From Bryobacterales bacterium (GTDB lineage Bacteria; Acidobacteriota; Terriglobia; Bryobacterales; UBA6623): a stretch of DNA of 64,000 nucleotides. Below the pieces are notes generated by a model. The model did not search any database and was not told where the DNA came from. It worked only from the letters and a program-made list of their open reading frames with translations. Positions within the stretch are counted from its first letter, which is position 1, and each line of letters begins with the position of its first letter. Positions 50,641-60,141 of this stretch are shown here, in pieces. Both the position numbers and the translations under genes were made by a program. Location: contig OZ252029.1 of NCBI GenBank assembly GCA_965247515.1, forward strand, positions 6,543,391 to 6,607,390. Direction: 5' to 3'.

Positions 50641-51882
50641 TTACCCCCACCAGCTTTCGCCCGGCGCAAGGTGAGCCGTGACGACATCCGGGTTCAGCTC
50701 GATCCCCAGTCCGGGCTTATCCGGAACCTCCACGAAGCCCCCCTTCGCAAGAGGCCCGTCGTGGACGATAACATCATCCATCCAGCCGCCGTCGAAGAAC
50801 ACGGTTTCGCACGCAAAGTAGTCGCGGATCGTCGAGGCCCAGTGGATGCTGGCCATACCATTCACGATGCTGCCGGTGTTGTGGTTTGCCATAGGCAGAA
50901 AGTAGAGCTCAGCCAGGTCCGCCATGCGCTTGTTCTCGAGGAACCCGCCCGAGTTGCGGAGGTCGGGGTGCAGGATGTCGATCGCGGCGTTCACGACGAA
51001 AGGCAGCGCCTCGGCGCGTCGCATCCAGTTCTCCCCGGTGCAAATCGGAACGGGCGACATCTCGGCCAACCGTTTCCAACTCTCCGAATAGGCGATCGGC
51101 AGGGGGTCTTCCAGGAAGCGCGGCTTGACGTCGCTAAGGGCCACTGCCATGTCGATGGCGCTTCGCAGGTCGAACTCCCAATGGCAGCCGATCAGAATGT
51201 CGTGCTCGAAGCCGAGCGCCTCGCGGCAATTCTCGAACCCTTGTCGCATTCGCCGCAACTCGTCGCTCGATAGCATGCGATTCGACGGGTCCCGTCCCGG
51301 GTCCATGGCTGGACTGTTCCGTAGCGGCCCGAACTTGTGCATGTTGATGCCATAGGGGCTTGCTTTGACCTGCTGCGCCCAATCGCGCAATACAGCCTTG
51401 TCGAAAAAGTCTCGCGGGGTTGAATGATCGTAGAGGCGAACCTTGTCGCGAAACTTTCCCCCCAGCAGCGCGTGCGTGGGAACGTCAAGCAACTTGCCGG
51501 CAAGATCCCAGAGCGCCATCTCGATGCCGCTCATCGCCCGTTGCTGAGCGTGGGCGCTGCCGTCGGTATAGCGGTAACCGGTATAGAGCCGGTCGATTTG
51601 CAGCGGATCCTTGCCGACGAACATTTCGCGCAGACCCTGAATCGCCTCCCGGTCCCCCAGCCCCGGGGATCCGTAAGCCTCAGCGAAACCGTGCACGCCG
51701 GCGTCGGTATCGATACGGACCAGCGTATAGGTTCGCGGCCCCTGCAAGATCATCGTCTTGATGTCAGTGATCTTGACCTTGTTGCGGTCGGCCGCGCTGA
51801 GTCGATGGTAGCCGGCGAGCCAGGAGGGTACGGCGGCGGTTGCGAGCGACGCGAGGAATGAACGGCGGGAGGTATGGCGCAT
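50641..51882 (-). CDS. Enolase-superfamily enzyme (mandelate racemase/muconate lactonizing family, sugar-acid dehydratase-like) with a Tat signal
   Basis: Start set at ATG 51882: MRHTSRRSFLASLATAAVPSWLAG (twin-arginine motif). KITDIKTMILQGPRTYTLVRIDTDAGVHGFAEAYG... and the later ...LEDPLP...PICTGE... barrel motifs follow. Confidence 0.8.
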   Translation of the reverse strand: MRHTSRRSFLASLATAAVPSWLAGYHRLSAADRNKVKITDIKTMILQGPRTYTLVRIDTDAGVHGFAEAYGSPGLGDREAIQGLREMFVGKDPLQIDRLYTGYRYTDGSAHAQQRAMSGIEMALWDLAGKLLDVPTHALLGGKFRDKVRLYDHSTPRDFFDKAVLRDWAQQVKASPYGINMHKFGPLRNSPAMDPGRDPSNRMLSSDELRRMRQGFENCREALGFEHDILIGCHWEFDLRSAIDMAVALSDVKPRFLEDPLPIAYSESWKRLAEMSPVPICTGENWMRRAEALPFVVNAAIDILHPDLRNSGGFLENKRMADLAELYFLPMANHNTGSIVNGMASIHWASTIRDYFACETVFFDGGWMDDVIVHDGPLAKGGFVEVPDKPGLGIELNPDVVTAHLAPGESWWG

Positions 51883-51963
51883 GGGATGGCCGTCATTATA
51901 GGCGCCGGCCAACGGTTCCCGCACGGGACCGCTAGAATAGTGGACCGCGAGTGGCCCGGGAAA

Positions 51964-52063
51964 TCCGAGCACCCTGCGTGAGCGGGGTGTCTTCCAACAA
52001 CCCTGGCGACGGACACAACTGTAAGCGGAAGACACCCCGCTCACCTCACGCAGGGTGCTCGGA
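51964..52063. repeat. About 100-bp hairpin upstream of the enolase-family gene
   Basis: TCCGAGCACCCTGCGTGAGCGGGGTGTCTTCC (51964-51995) pairs with GGAAGACACCCCGCTCACCTCACGCAGGGTGCTCGGA (52027-52063). One arm has an extra GTGAG. The loop is 31 nt. Confidence 0.8.
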
Positions 52064-52553
52064 AAAAGCGCCGAACCTTTGACCCTTTGGTTCCGGCTCG
52101 GCCGGGTTACGCTGAGGTCCAATACTGTTTACTTGGCGGCCGGCCGTGACTTAGTGCACCGTTTCAGAAGTCCGCTCACGTATTGCAGAACCCAGCAGGC
52201 AGCCGGCAAGACGTCTGCCTGACTCCCCGATCTTCGTGGACTATGTTTTCGAGAAGGGCGCTCTACGTCCTGCCGGCGCGTCTGGCTCTACACTGGCCGA
52301 CCAGGGCGGATCTAGCAGCTCGGGACAGTGCTCGGTGTCGGCTTCCGGGCGTTCTCGTGCCGATCGGTCGCGATTGAGCCGTCTACGCATAGATGTTCGA
52401 AAATGATTTCACGCTGACCCAACGACCACTCGAAATCGCCCCAAGGCCTGCAAACAGGGGCTTAGTGCGCTCTGGAAGGCCTTTTGTGAGCTTCTCAGAC
52501 GGTCATTCAAGCAAACGCTTGTTCCCATTACCTATCCGCGATAGACTCCCTCT

Positions 52554-52960
52554 ATGCCTGATGGAGCGATGTCGTTTCCCCAGGACCATCACAGTATCGT
52601 TGTACGGCGGAATCGCTTAGGAATCCTTCGCTTAGCGGCCGCGACGATCGTTCTGATCATGTGGCAGCCGCTGTTCGGTCAGCAGACCGCGACAGATCGC
52701 GGTGCACTCTATCGCAGCGCCGTTGAACTCTCGCGGCAAGTCGGCGGAACTGTTAACCCCCATTGGATGGCCGACGGCTCGAGTTTCTGGTACGCAGAAC
52801 AGACCGGGACGGAAACCTTGATGTGGAAGGTCGATCCGGCGGCCAACTCGCGCGAGCCCTTCCTTGATGTTCCACGACTGCGTGAGGCGCTCAAGAAGGA
52901 GACGGATTTAAAGCCCGCCGGGAGTGGGCTGCCCTTTCGGAACTTTGAGTTGGATGAGCG
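52554..52960 (+). pseudogene. N-terminal ~130 codons of an S9/DPP-IV-like peptidase, truncated
   Basis: Signal/TM segment, then ...ALYRSAVELSRQVGGTVNPHWMADGSSFWYAEQTGTETLMWKVDPAANSREPFLDVPRLREAL..., which resembles the DPP-IV N-terminal region. Homology ends where the convergent outer-membrane gene ends (52963). Confidence 0.45.
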
Positions 52961-52962
52961 GG

Positions 52963-55632
52963 CTAGAACTCCAGCTGCAGCCGGAACCGGAACGTCCGGC
53001 CGTCGTTCAGCGTATTCGTGATTCGGCCGAAGTTGGGATCCGCCGCCGAGCGGCCCGGCTCGGCGAATTGCGGCGTGTTGAACAGGTTGATCGACTCGGC
53101 CCGCAGCTCGACCATCGCGTCTCCGTGCAACCCCCAGCGCCGGGCCAACGCCGCGTTGACATTGCGAATCCCGTCCTTACGAAACGTGTTCCGGCCCAGC
53201 GTGCCCGCCCGCTCTCCCGGTGCGATGAAGCTGAACCCCGAGGCCGGCAAGCTTTCGACCGATGTGTCCGGGTGGTCGATCGAGCGCCCCAGAAGCGACA
53301 GGTCCAGCAGATTCGGCCGGTCGCTGGTCGAGCCGTCCACGTTGCCGAATCCCGGTCCGTCCGATCCCGACGATACGGTGAAAGGCGTCCCGCCCTTCAG
53401 CAACACCACGCCGGAAATCTCCCAGCGCCCCAGGATGCGTCGAGCCCAGCCCGGCGCCCCGCTGAGCCCGGGCGTCTGGTACACCACCCGCGTCAGCAGG
53501 GAGTGCCGCTGATCGAACACGCTCACCGCCTTCAGGTCGTTGTGAGCCTCGTACTGCCATTGCGGTTCGGCCCCCGCCGAGCCGAACTCGCCTCCGGTTG
53601 TCGTGTAATCTCCGCCCAAATCGATCGCCTTGCTCAACCAATACGAGGTCTCGAGCGACAGGCCCCGCCAGCTAGGAATCGTCAGCGTCGCCTTGGCGGC
53701 GTCGAAGTAGGCCCGCGACCCGTTCAGGAATCGCTTCACCTCCAGCGACGCCGCATCCGGGCGTCGTTCGTTGATCGTCCCCGTGGTCTGCGGAATTCCT
53801 TCAACGGGAGCGGCCCGATTCTGAGGCCAGGTCGCAATCAGTTGGTGTGACCGCTCTCCCGCGTATCCCAGCGAGAGCCGCCAGTCGCGAGCCAATTCCA
53901 GCTCCCAACTGAAGTTGTAACTGTGCGAATAAGGCGTGGAGAAGTTCGGCGAGACTTCGAACAGAATCGACCGAGTGTCGGCCGGCAAATTGTTCACGTC
54001 GGTCCCAGCCAAAGGATTGACCAGGTCCGGAGTCTGCACCCCCAGCCGCCGGTTCAGCGGCGGGTTGAAGCGGCTGTGCCCGAAGGTGACCGGAAAGATC
54101 TCGCCGTAGTGGATGCCGTAGGCGCCGCGCACTACGCCGGCGGCCCCTCCCAGCCGGTAGGCGAATCCAAAGCGCGGCGAGAGATTGTTGCAGTCGCAGG
54201 GATAGGGAGTCGGATTCAGTCCGTTCACTTCGCTCGGCGCGGTCACCGCCGAGAAATGAAGGCCCAAGCTCAACGTCAGATTCTGCAGCGCCCTCCACTG
54301 ATCGCCGGCGTAGAGCACGGATCGCCAGTTGCGAAAGCCGCGGTGCACGTTGCCGATCGAGACCGAGTACATCGTCGCCCGGCCCAATCGCAAGTTCGTG
54401 ATCGCACTCGCCCCCAGGTCGTTGCGGAAGGTGAACAGGCCACGATGGGTGTTGCTCTTCGAGCCGTTCACCTGTTGCCGAATCAGCTCCGCTCCGAGGG
54501 TCCATTGATGGCGCCCCTGAGTCTGCTGGCGCTGCGCGGAGTAGCTGAAGTCGTTCAACGCCCGGTCCGTGGGGATTCGGCTGCCGGCCCCTAAACGCGA
54601 AATCGCCGAGCCCGCCGATATCAGCGGCCCGCCCCAAGACTCATCGGGCGTGAGCAAGGACCCCACTCGCCCGAACCTCGCCGAAACCCGCGTCACCGCC
54701 GTCCCACGCTCCCTGAGCCAAGTCACTCGCGCGTCGTGCGACTTCGTTCTCGTGTCCGGATTCTGCCCGGCTACAAGCTGAAACGCCTCCACCCCTTGAG
54801 CCGTGAAGCGATAGCGAAACAGGAATCGATTCCGCTCGCCCGCCGCCTGATCGAGTTGGATCCCGGCGCTGTCGTTGTCAATCAGCTGCGGGGCGTTCGT
54901 GTTGAGAGCGCGCGGGTCGAGGTCGGTGCGGTTGGGCAGCTCGGCCGGATATGCCGACAGGATGGCCTCCACGAACGCCCGCGTCGCAGGGTCGGTCGCT
55001 AGCGGCGTCCGCTCTTCCAGGCTCGGCGTCAGCACATTGCCGTTGACGTTGCCGCTAATCTTCCGCTGACTGCCGTCGAGGGTGAGGAACCCGCCTTCCC
55101 AGCTCGGCAAGCTGAGCCCGAATCCGTACTCGTTCTCTCGCGCCGGCGCCACCGGACCCGCCTGAAAGAAAGATCGAGCGCTGAAAATGCTGTTGTTATG
55201 CCCGTAATAAAGACGTCCGTGGACCCCCGCGCCCGGGGTGGCCGAGACGTGCGGCGGAGTCTGTGGACTGCCGCCGTAAATCGCGCCAAAGTACTCATTG
55301 TCGACTTCGAAGCTCTCGACAATCGTCGCGCTGGCCCCAAGCCGCTGGTTGAGCTCTTTGAGGACGTTGTTGTCGATCAGGTTGATGCGGACGTTCTCGT
55401 TGCGGCGGCTCTCTCCGCTCTCGGCGTCGGTTTGCCCAAGCAGGTTAAGCTCTTCGCGGCCGGGAGAATCGCCTGCCGTCGCAGCGGCGCCGCCCAGCGA
55501 CGAAGCCACCGCCGCTGGATCTTCAGCCTCTGCATTGGGGGCTTTCCCCGAATCGCCGGCGACCCCGGCGTCGGCCGCGGGGATCACACTCAGCGTCAGC
55601 GCCAAAGCGACGAGTCGCCAGAGGCCGAGCAA
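52963..55632 (-). CDS. TonB-dependent-receptor-like (Oar-type) outer-membrane beta-barrel protein
   Basis: TTG start preceded by GGAGGA, then a signal peptide. RNENVRINLIDNNVLKELNQRLG...YFGAIYGG is typical of acidobacterial Oar-like TBDRs. The C-terminus ...FRFRLQLEF* ends in the aromatic residue typical of OM barrels. Confidence 0.7.
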   Translation of the reverse strand: MLGLWRLVALALTLSVIPAADAGVAGDSGKAPNAEAEDPAAVASSLGGAAATAGDSPGREELNLLGQTDAESGESRRNENVRINLIDNNVLKELNQRLGASATIVESFEVDNEYFGAIYGGSPQTPPHVSATPGAGVHGRLYYGHNNSIFSARSFFQAGPVAPARENEYGFGLSLPSWEGGFLTLDGSQRKISGNVNGNVLTPSLEERTPLATDPATRAFVEAILSAYPAELPNRTDLDPRALNTNAPQLIDNDSAGIQLDQAAGERNRFLFRYRFTAQGVEAFQLVAGQNPDTRTKSHDARVTWLRERGTAVTRVSARFGRVGSLLTPDESWGGPLISAGSAISRLGAGSRIPTDRALNDFSYSAQRQQTQGRHQWTLGAELIRQQVNGSKSNTHRGLFTFRNDLGASAITNLRLGRATMYSVSIGNVHRGFRNWRSVLYAGDQWRALQNLTLSLGLHFSAVTAPSEVNGLNPTPYPCDCNNLSPRFGFAYRLGGAAGVVRGAYGIHYGEIFPVTFGHSRFNPPLNRRLGVQTPDLVNPLAGTDVNNLPADTRSILFEVSPNFSTPYSHSYNFSWELELARDWRLSLGYAGERSHQLIATWPQNRAAPVEGIPQTTGTINERRPDAASLEVKRFLNGSRAYFDAAKATLTIPSWRGLSLETSYWLSKAIDLGGDYTTTGGEFGSAGAEPQWQYEAHNDLKAVSVFDQRHSLLTRVVYQTPGLSGAPGWARRILGRWEISGVVLLKGGTPFTVSSGSDGPGFGNVDGSTSDRPNLLDLSLLGRSIDHPDTSVESLPASGFSFIAPGERAGTLGRNTFRKDGIRNVNAALARRWGLHGDAMVELRAESINLFNTPQFAEPGRSAADPNFGRITNTLNDGRTFRFRLQLEF

Positions 55633-55867
55633 GAATCCTCCGCGCCCGATTCACCAATCGTCAGCCGGCTGCATGACACACCCCTCCCTGGGCGAGGCTC
55701 CGCGCAAGGTTCTACCCTGCACGCTTATCCGCCCCGCGGCAAGGCGCCGAACCGTCGGCGAACCGTTGCCCTCGGATGCGAGATCCCGCCTCCACTGCCG
55801 CCGTGAGCTGAATTATCGATCGCCTTCTAGCCCCAATACTGTCGGACATAGGCGTCGAGACCGCGAC

Positions 55868-55922
55868 CGGAGCCGCGACCGGAAGGGAGCGGTTGCCTGA
55901 GACTCCGGCAACCGCTTGCTCA
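55868..55922. repeat. REP family C unit forming the left flank of the MITE
   Basis: CCGGAGCCGCGACCGGAAGGGAGCGGTTGCCTGAGACTCCGGCAACCGCTTGCTCA. The complementary tail TTCCGGTCGCGGCTCC follows the MITE at 56073-56088. Confidence 0.75.
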
Positions 55923-56072
55923 GGGGCTGTGAAAAAATCGCCCGTTGAGCGCGAAAGACGGGCGAGGCATGCGTCGCCCCTACCGACGATCGTTTGTTTT
56001 CAACGACGTAGGGGCTTGGCATGCCAAGCCCGTCTTGCCGGAATTGGATCCCCGACATTTTTTCACAGCCCC
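55923..56072. mobile_element. 150-bp MITE sharing terminal inverted repeats with the IS1182-family element
   Basis: Termini GGGGCTGTGAAAAAATCG / CGACATTTTTTCACAGCCCC, compared with IS termini GGGGCCGTGAAGAAAACC / GGGTTTATTTCACAGCCCC. The interior is palindromic and includes a REP-A copy (GGGCGAGGCATGCGTCGCCC). There is no coding capacity. Confidence 0.7.
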
Positions 56073-56163
56073 TTCCGGTCGCGGCTCCAAGGAATCGTTG
56101 TCTGCTTTAGCATGCGTGGCCCCTGACCGCGCGGTCTTACGCCGTAGTAAGCAGGAGAACACA

Positions 56164-57252
56164 ATGCGACAGCTGCTTCTGATTTCCCTTTTACTCGCCG
56201 GTTTAGGCGGCGCGGCGGCCGCGGCGGAACCCGTCGTGGTCAACTCGAATTGCACTGCCCCCGAAGACGCCGATCTTCGAACTTGCGCGTACACGGTCGC
56301 CTTTGCGGGAGCGACGGTCGGAGAGCCGATTGAAGTTGGATTTCCGGCCCCCAAGGAGGTCGAACACTTTGTCGACTGGAAGATGTGTACGCCCGATTGC
56401 GTTGTTGAGAATGCCGTCCGCAACCGGCGCGGCAGCCATCTCTCGTACGACCTGACCGTGAAAATGGCTGAAGGCGAATTCAGCTTCTCCACGGTGGCGG
56501 CGAAGGACGACTATTCGCCGGCGAAGAAGAACTACTTCGTAAAATTCGCAGGCGAGAGTACTACGCCCGGCGGGGACGGCAAAGTCGACGTCCTGGTCAA
56601 AGACACGAAGATCTCGAAGGTTCGGCCGGTGATCGGCGGCGGCATCACGCATCTGAGCGACGACTTCGTCGATTTCAAAGTTGTCGAAGACGATGCGACT
56701 CACATCTTCAGCGACAACGACAGCCGCTGGCGGGCGGAAGTCGTCACCGGCGCGCTCTTCAAGCTCAAGGAGTGGGAGAAGGGTGGGATGCCCAAGACTT
56801 TTGACGCCGCGGTAAACTTCGAGTTCGCGGAGGGAGGCAACAGCGTCTTGGACGGCTTGTTCTTCGGCGCCGGGATCGGGCTGACTTCGTCGATCGAATT
56901 GGTCGCCGGCTATTCGTTGGCGCGCGGAAAGGAACTGAGCTTCGGCTTCCAGCGGGCGATGGGGCAGTTTGTTCGGCGCGTACAAGCCGATACCGCCGGT
57001 TCCGCCTTCCCAATGATGTCGGAGCAAGACAGGGCGCGCATTAACGGGATCACGCTGAACGGTGAGGGGCTCGTGCCGGACGAGAGGGCCTTCGACGGTT
57101 TGCCGCTGAATTACGAAGACGCCGCGGGCATGATGCACGGCGTCTTCCCCGGCAACCCGATCAACAACAGCTTCAATCACAAGTTCAGCGTGGGATTCGT
57201 GATCCCGATCGACATTTGGAGGGCGGTCAAGGAGGCCGGGGAGGACGAATAG
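56164..57252 (+). CDS. Secreted hypothetical protein
   Basis: Start set at ATG 56164 (MRQLLLISLLLAGLGGAAAAAEP); the longer ORF start lies inside the MITE. No family recognised. Confidence 0.6.
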   Translation: MRQLLLISLLLAGLGGAAAAAEPVVVNSNCTAPEDADLRTCAYTVAFAGATVGEPIEVGFPAPKEVEHFVDWKMCTPDCVVENAVRNRRGSHLSYDLTVKMAEGEFSFSTVAAKDDYSPAKKNYFVKFAGESTTPGGDGKVDVLVKDTKISKVRPVIGGGITHLSDDFVDFKVVEDDATHIFSDNDSRWRAEVVTGALFKLKEWEKGGMPKTFDAAVNFEFAEGGNSVLDGLFFGAGIGLTSSIELVAGYSLARGKELSFGFQRAMGQFVRRVQADTAGSAFPMMSEQDRARINGITLNGEGLVPDERAFDGLPLNYEDAAGMMHGVFPGNPINNSFNHKFSVGFVIPIDIWRAVKEAGEDE

Positions 57253-57289
57253 ACCAGGGGCCGGCGGGGGAGCGGAGCCCTGTCCCCGG

Positions 57290-57568
57290 CGGAGCAGGCG
57301 CAGCCTGTCCCTATCGGCGGGCGGCAACGCCGCAACGACTTCTTTGATCTTGTTGAGGTGCTTGGCGTCCCATAGACGCGTTGTCTGGGGGGCGAGCACG
57401 TAGCTCGGGTATTCGGAGCGTATCTGCTTTTGGCCAAGAAGCCCGTTCCAAAACGCGCAGTTGTTTGCGGTTATCCGTCCCTCCGCCCCCGCCGCAATGC
57501 AGGGAAACGATGACCGGGCAGCTTTTGCCGGAGTCGAAACCGAGAGGCCTCATCAGGCGGTAGGGCAT
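57290..57568 (-). pseudogene. Frameshifted and truncated remnant of an alpha/beta-hydrolase (esterase/PHB-depolymerase-like)
   Basis: MPYRLMRPLGFDSGKSCPVIVSLHCGGGGGTDNRKQL (typical N-terminus), then after a frameshift ...QIRSEYPSYVLAPQTTRLWDAKHLNKIKEVVAALP. The nucleophile-elbow region is absent. Confidence 0.5.
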
Positions 57569-57638
57569 TTCGCTATCGACGTGAGGTTATAGAGACGAAC
57601 CCAGTCTTCCGAGGCCTCCCTGTCCGCGACTTGGGCGT

Positions 57639-58439
57639 GTGCCGGGATGGTCAGCAACAAGGTTGCCAGCTCGACGGGAAAGTCGCATCGGCTGGCCGCG
57701 TCGTCTTCGGAATCTGCCGCAGTCGGCTCCGGGAAAGCAGGCTTACGTCGAAACGATGCGCGATCTTTATCGCGGCGAAATCGCCGAGCTCAACCGAACC
57801 TACGACACAACGTTCGACTCGTTCGACGCGCTTGCAGCGGCCAAACAGTGGCGGCCGCGGACCGATCTGTCAAACGCCAACGAGACTCGCGACAATGTCG
57901 AGTTTCTCCAGCGGGTCGTCGCCAAGTACTACCAAACAGCGCGGGACGCGATCCGTCGATACGACCCGAATCACATGTTCTTCGGCGACAAGGTCAACGC
58001 CAACACCGACTCGCTCGATACGGTCTTGCCCGTGACAAGCCGATTCACCGATGTCGTCTTCTATCAGATGTACGGACGATACGAAGTGCAAGAGCCGGGA
58101 CTCGATCGCTGGTCCAAACTGGTCGACAAGCCGGTGATCAACGGCGACTCCGCATTCACGATGATCACCGACACGATGCCTCGCCCTTACGGCCCAGTCG
58201 CGGATAGCCTCGAGCAGCGTATCAACTGGACGGTTGAGTTTTTCCGAAACGCCTTCGCGCGCCCGGAGTTCGTGGGCTGGCACTATTGCGGATTGATCGA
58301 CGCTCCGAACCAGGTCCCGCGCAAGGGTGCGCGGCAGCATTCAGGGCTGCTTGACGGCTTCGGCCGGCCCCGTCCGACGCTTCAAAAAGCCGTCGCCGAT
58401 TGCGCGATGAATCTATATCAGATCGCTTCGACGCCGTAA
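57639..58439 (+). CDS. Glycoside-hydrolase-like protein, probably lacking its N-terminal part (paralogue of the 41843-42253 fragment)
   Basis: ...AELNRTYDTTFDSFDAL...RYDPNHMFFGDKV...FTDVVFYQMYG...FVGWHYCGLIDAP.... No signal peptide or plausible N-terminal domain was found upstream in any frame. Family assignment is weak. Confidence 0.4.
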   Translation: MPGWSATRLPARRESRIGWPRRLRNLPQSAPGKQAYVETMRDLYRGEIAELNRTYDTTFDSFDALAAAKQWRPRTDLSNANETRDNVEFLQRVVAKYYQTARDAIRRYDPNHMFFGDKVNANTDSLDTVLPVTSRFTDVVFYQMYGRYEVQEPGLDRWSKLVDKPVINGDSAFTMITDTMPRPYGPVADSLEQRINWTVEFFRNAFARPEFVGWHYCGLIDAPNQVPRKGARQHSGLLDGFGRPRPTLQKAVADCAMNLYQIASTP

Positions 58440-58531
58440 AGCAGGTCATCGCAGAGTCCTCTAGCGCTGGTCTCTTCAAGACCTGCGCTACGGACTAGAG
58501 GCGTGACTCGCCCGCATTCGCATGCGCGCCG

Positions 58532-60141
58532 CTACTTCCCGCCGGTGAACGGCGGACCCTCGTAGCGCGGCGGATCTTCGGTCACTCTGGGGTCGCCGCT
58601 CCCTTCGAGAATCTTCATCAGTCGTCCTGCCAGCTCGCGCTTCGCATCGGCGTAACTGGGATCATCAGCAACATTAGTCAACTGGTGCGGATCCCGCGTC
58701 ATGTCGTACAGCTCCTCGGCCGGGCGCTGGATCAGATCGCGCTCGAAATGCGGTTTCGCTTGTCGGTCGTCGCGATGCGTCACCAGCCACGCTTTGGTCG
58801 GACTCGCGTCGAGATCCGCGAACGCTACGGTCGTCTTTTCCCTCAAATCCTGGTACGGAGGCATCTCGCCGGGGGGCAGGCCGAAGCCCGGCGCGACGCC
58901 CATTGGCCATCGCTCCGGTTTGAAGTTGCGAATGTACAGAAAGCGGTCGGTGCGCAGCGCCCGCATCGGGTAAGGTAAGTTCCCCGGACGCGCGTTTCCC
59001 ACATGTCGCTCCCGGCCCGCCAGCACATGGTCGCGGGCGGCGTCGACGCGGCCGGCTTGCTTCGACTCGAGCACCGGAACGAGACTGCGCGCCGTCATCG
59101 TCTTGGGCGGGGCGACGTTGGCGACTTCAAGGAACGTCGGCGCCAGGTCGGGCAACGAAACAAAGTCGGTTAGCACTCGGCCCGCCGGGAATCGCTTGGG
59201 CCATCGGATGGCCAGCGGAACCCGCAGCCCCAAGTCGTAAAGGTCGCACTTGCCGCGCGGGAAGCCGGGCAGCCCATGGTCGCCGCTAACCGCCACGATT
59301 GTGTTGTCGAGCTCGCCGATTCGTTCGAGCTCCGCGAGCAGAACTCCCAGCCCGGCGTCAAACGCCATTGCTTCGCCGAGATAATCGGCCAGGTCTTCTC
59401 GAACGGTTGGCACGTCCGGCAAATCGGCCGGCATCTTCCCCTTGAGCTCATCGGGATCGACCCCCAAAGCTTCTTGCCCGAGCCTTGGATCCACTTGCGA
59501 TGGACGTTGGTGGGACCGAACCAATAGCAAAACGGTTGGCCGTCTTTTCTACGCCCGAGGAAGTCGTTAAAGTTGCCGCGAACTTCATCGTAGAGTTGCT
59601 GTTTGGCATTTTCGGGATCGTCGGCCTGGCTGACAAACTGCGAGAAGCGGTTGAAGTTTACGCCTCGCTTGGCGTAGGCCGCCGCCTGACCGCCATGCGG
59701 CGCGTCCCTGGGAGTTCCGGGCGACCAGACTTTGTAGGTGAATCCGATGTGATAGCCCTCGTCGCGCAGCAGCAAGGGATAAGTCGGGATCGACGAATCC
59801 CAAACGGCGCCGCTGAGGATAGCGCCCTGCCCGGTCCTCCAGAAGTATTGTCCGGAAAGCAACGAGCTGCGGCACGGGGTGCAGGAGGGCGCATTCACAA
59901 AAGCGTTCGTGAACAACGCGCCTTCGTCCGCGATTCGGTCGAAGTTGGGCGTACGGATGAGGTCGCTCGGGGTCCCGGGTTCGAGCGCGGCGTAGGCGCT
60001 CGCAAACTTTCCCCAGTCATCGGCGAAAGCGAAGACGATGTTCGGCCGCCGCGGCGTTTCGGTTCTTTGGGCCGCTACGGCGACGACAAGCGCGAGGGCG
60101 CATATTGCGAGGGCGAATCGTTTGATGTTCACAGCCACCAT
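58532..60141 (-). pseudogene. Sulfatase split by a frameshift in a 5-nt homopolymer (59461-59465)
   Basis: N-terminal part: signal peptide, [24 protein letters not shown] (FGly motif) ... [21 protein letters not shown]-terminal part, in another frame, continues [30 protein letters not shown]...VSGDHG.... The two join at CTTTGGGGGTCGAT. Confidence 0.85.

Noticed and set aside
55633-55860. Possible riboswitch (e.g. cobalamin) in the long leader of the TonB-dependent receptor gene
   Set aside because: I could not find the B12-box or other conserved riboswitch cores when reading the minus strand. A covariance-model scan (Rfam) would be needed to revisit this.
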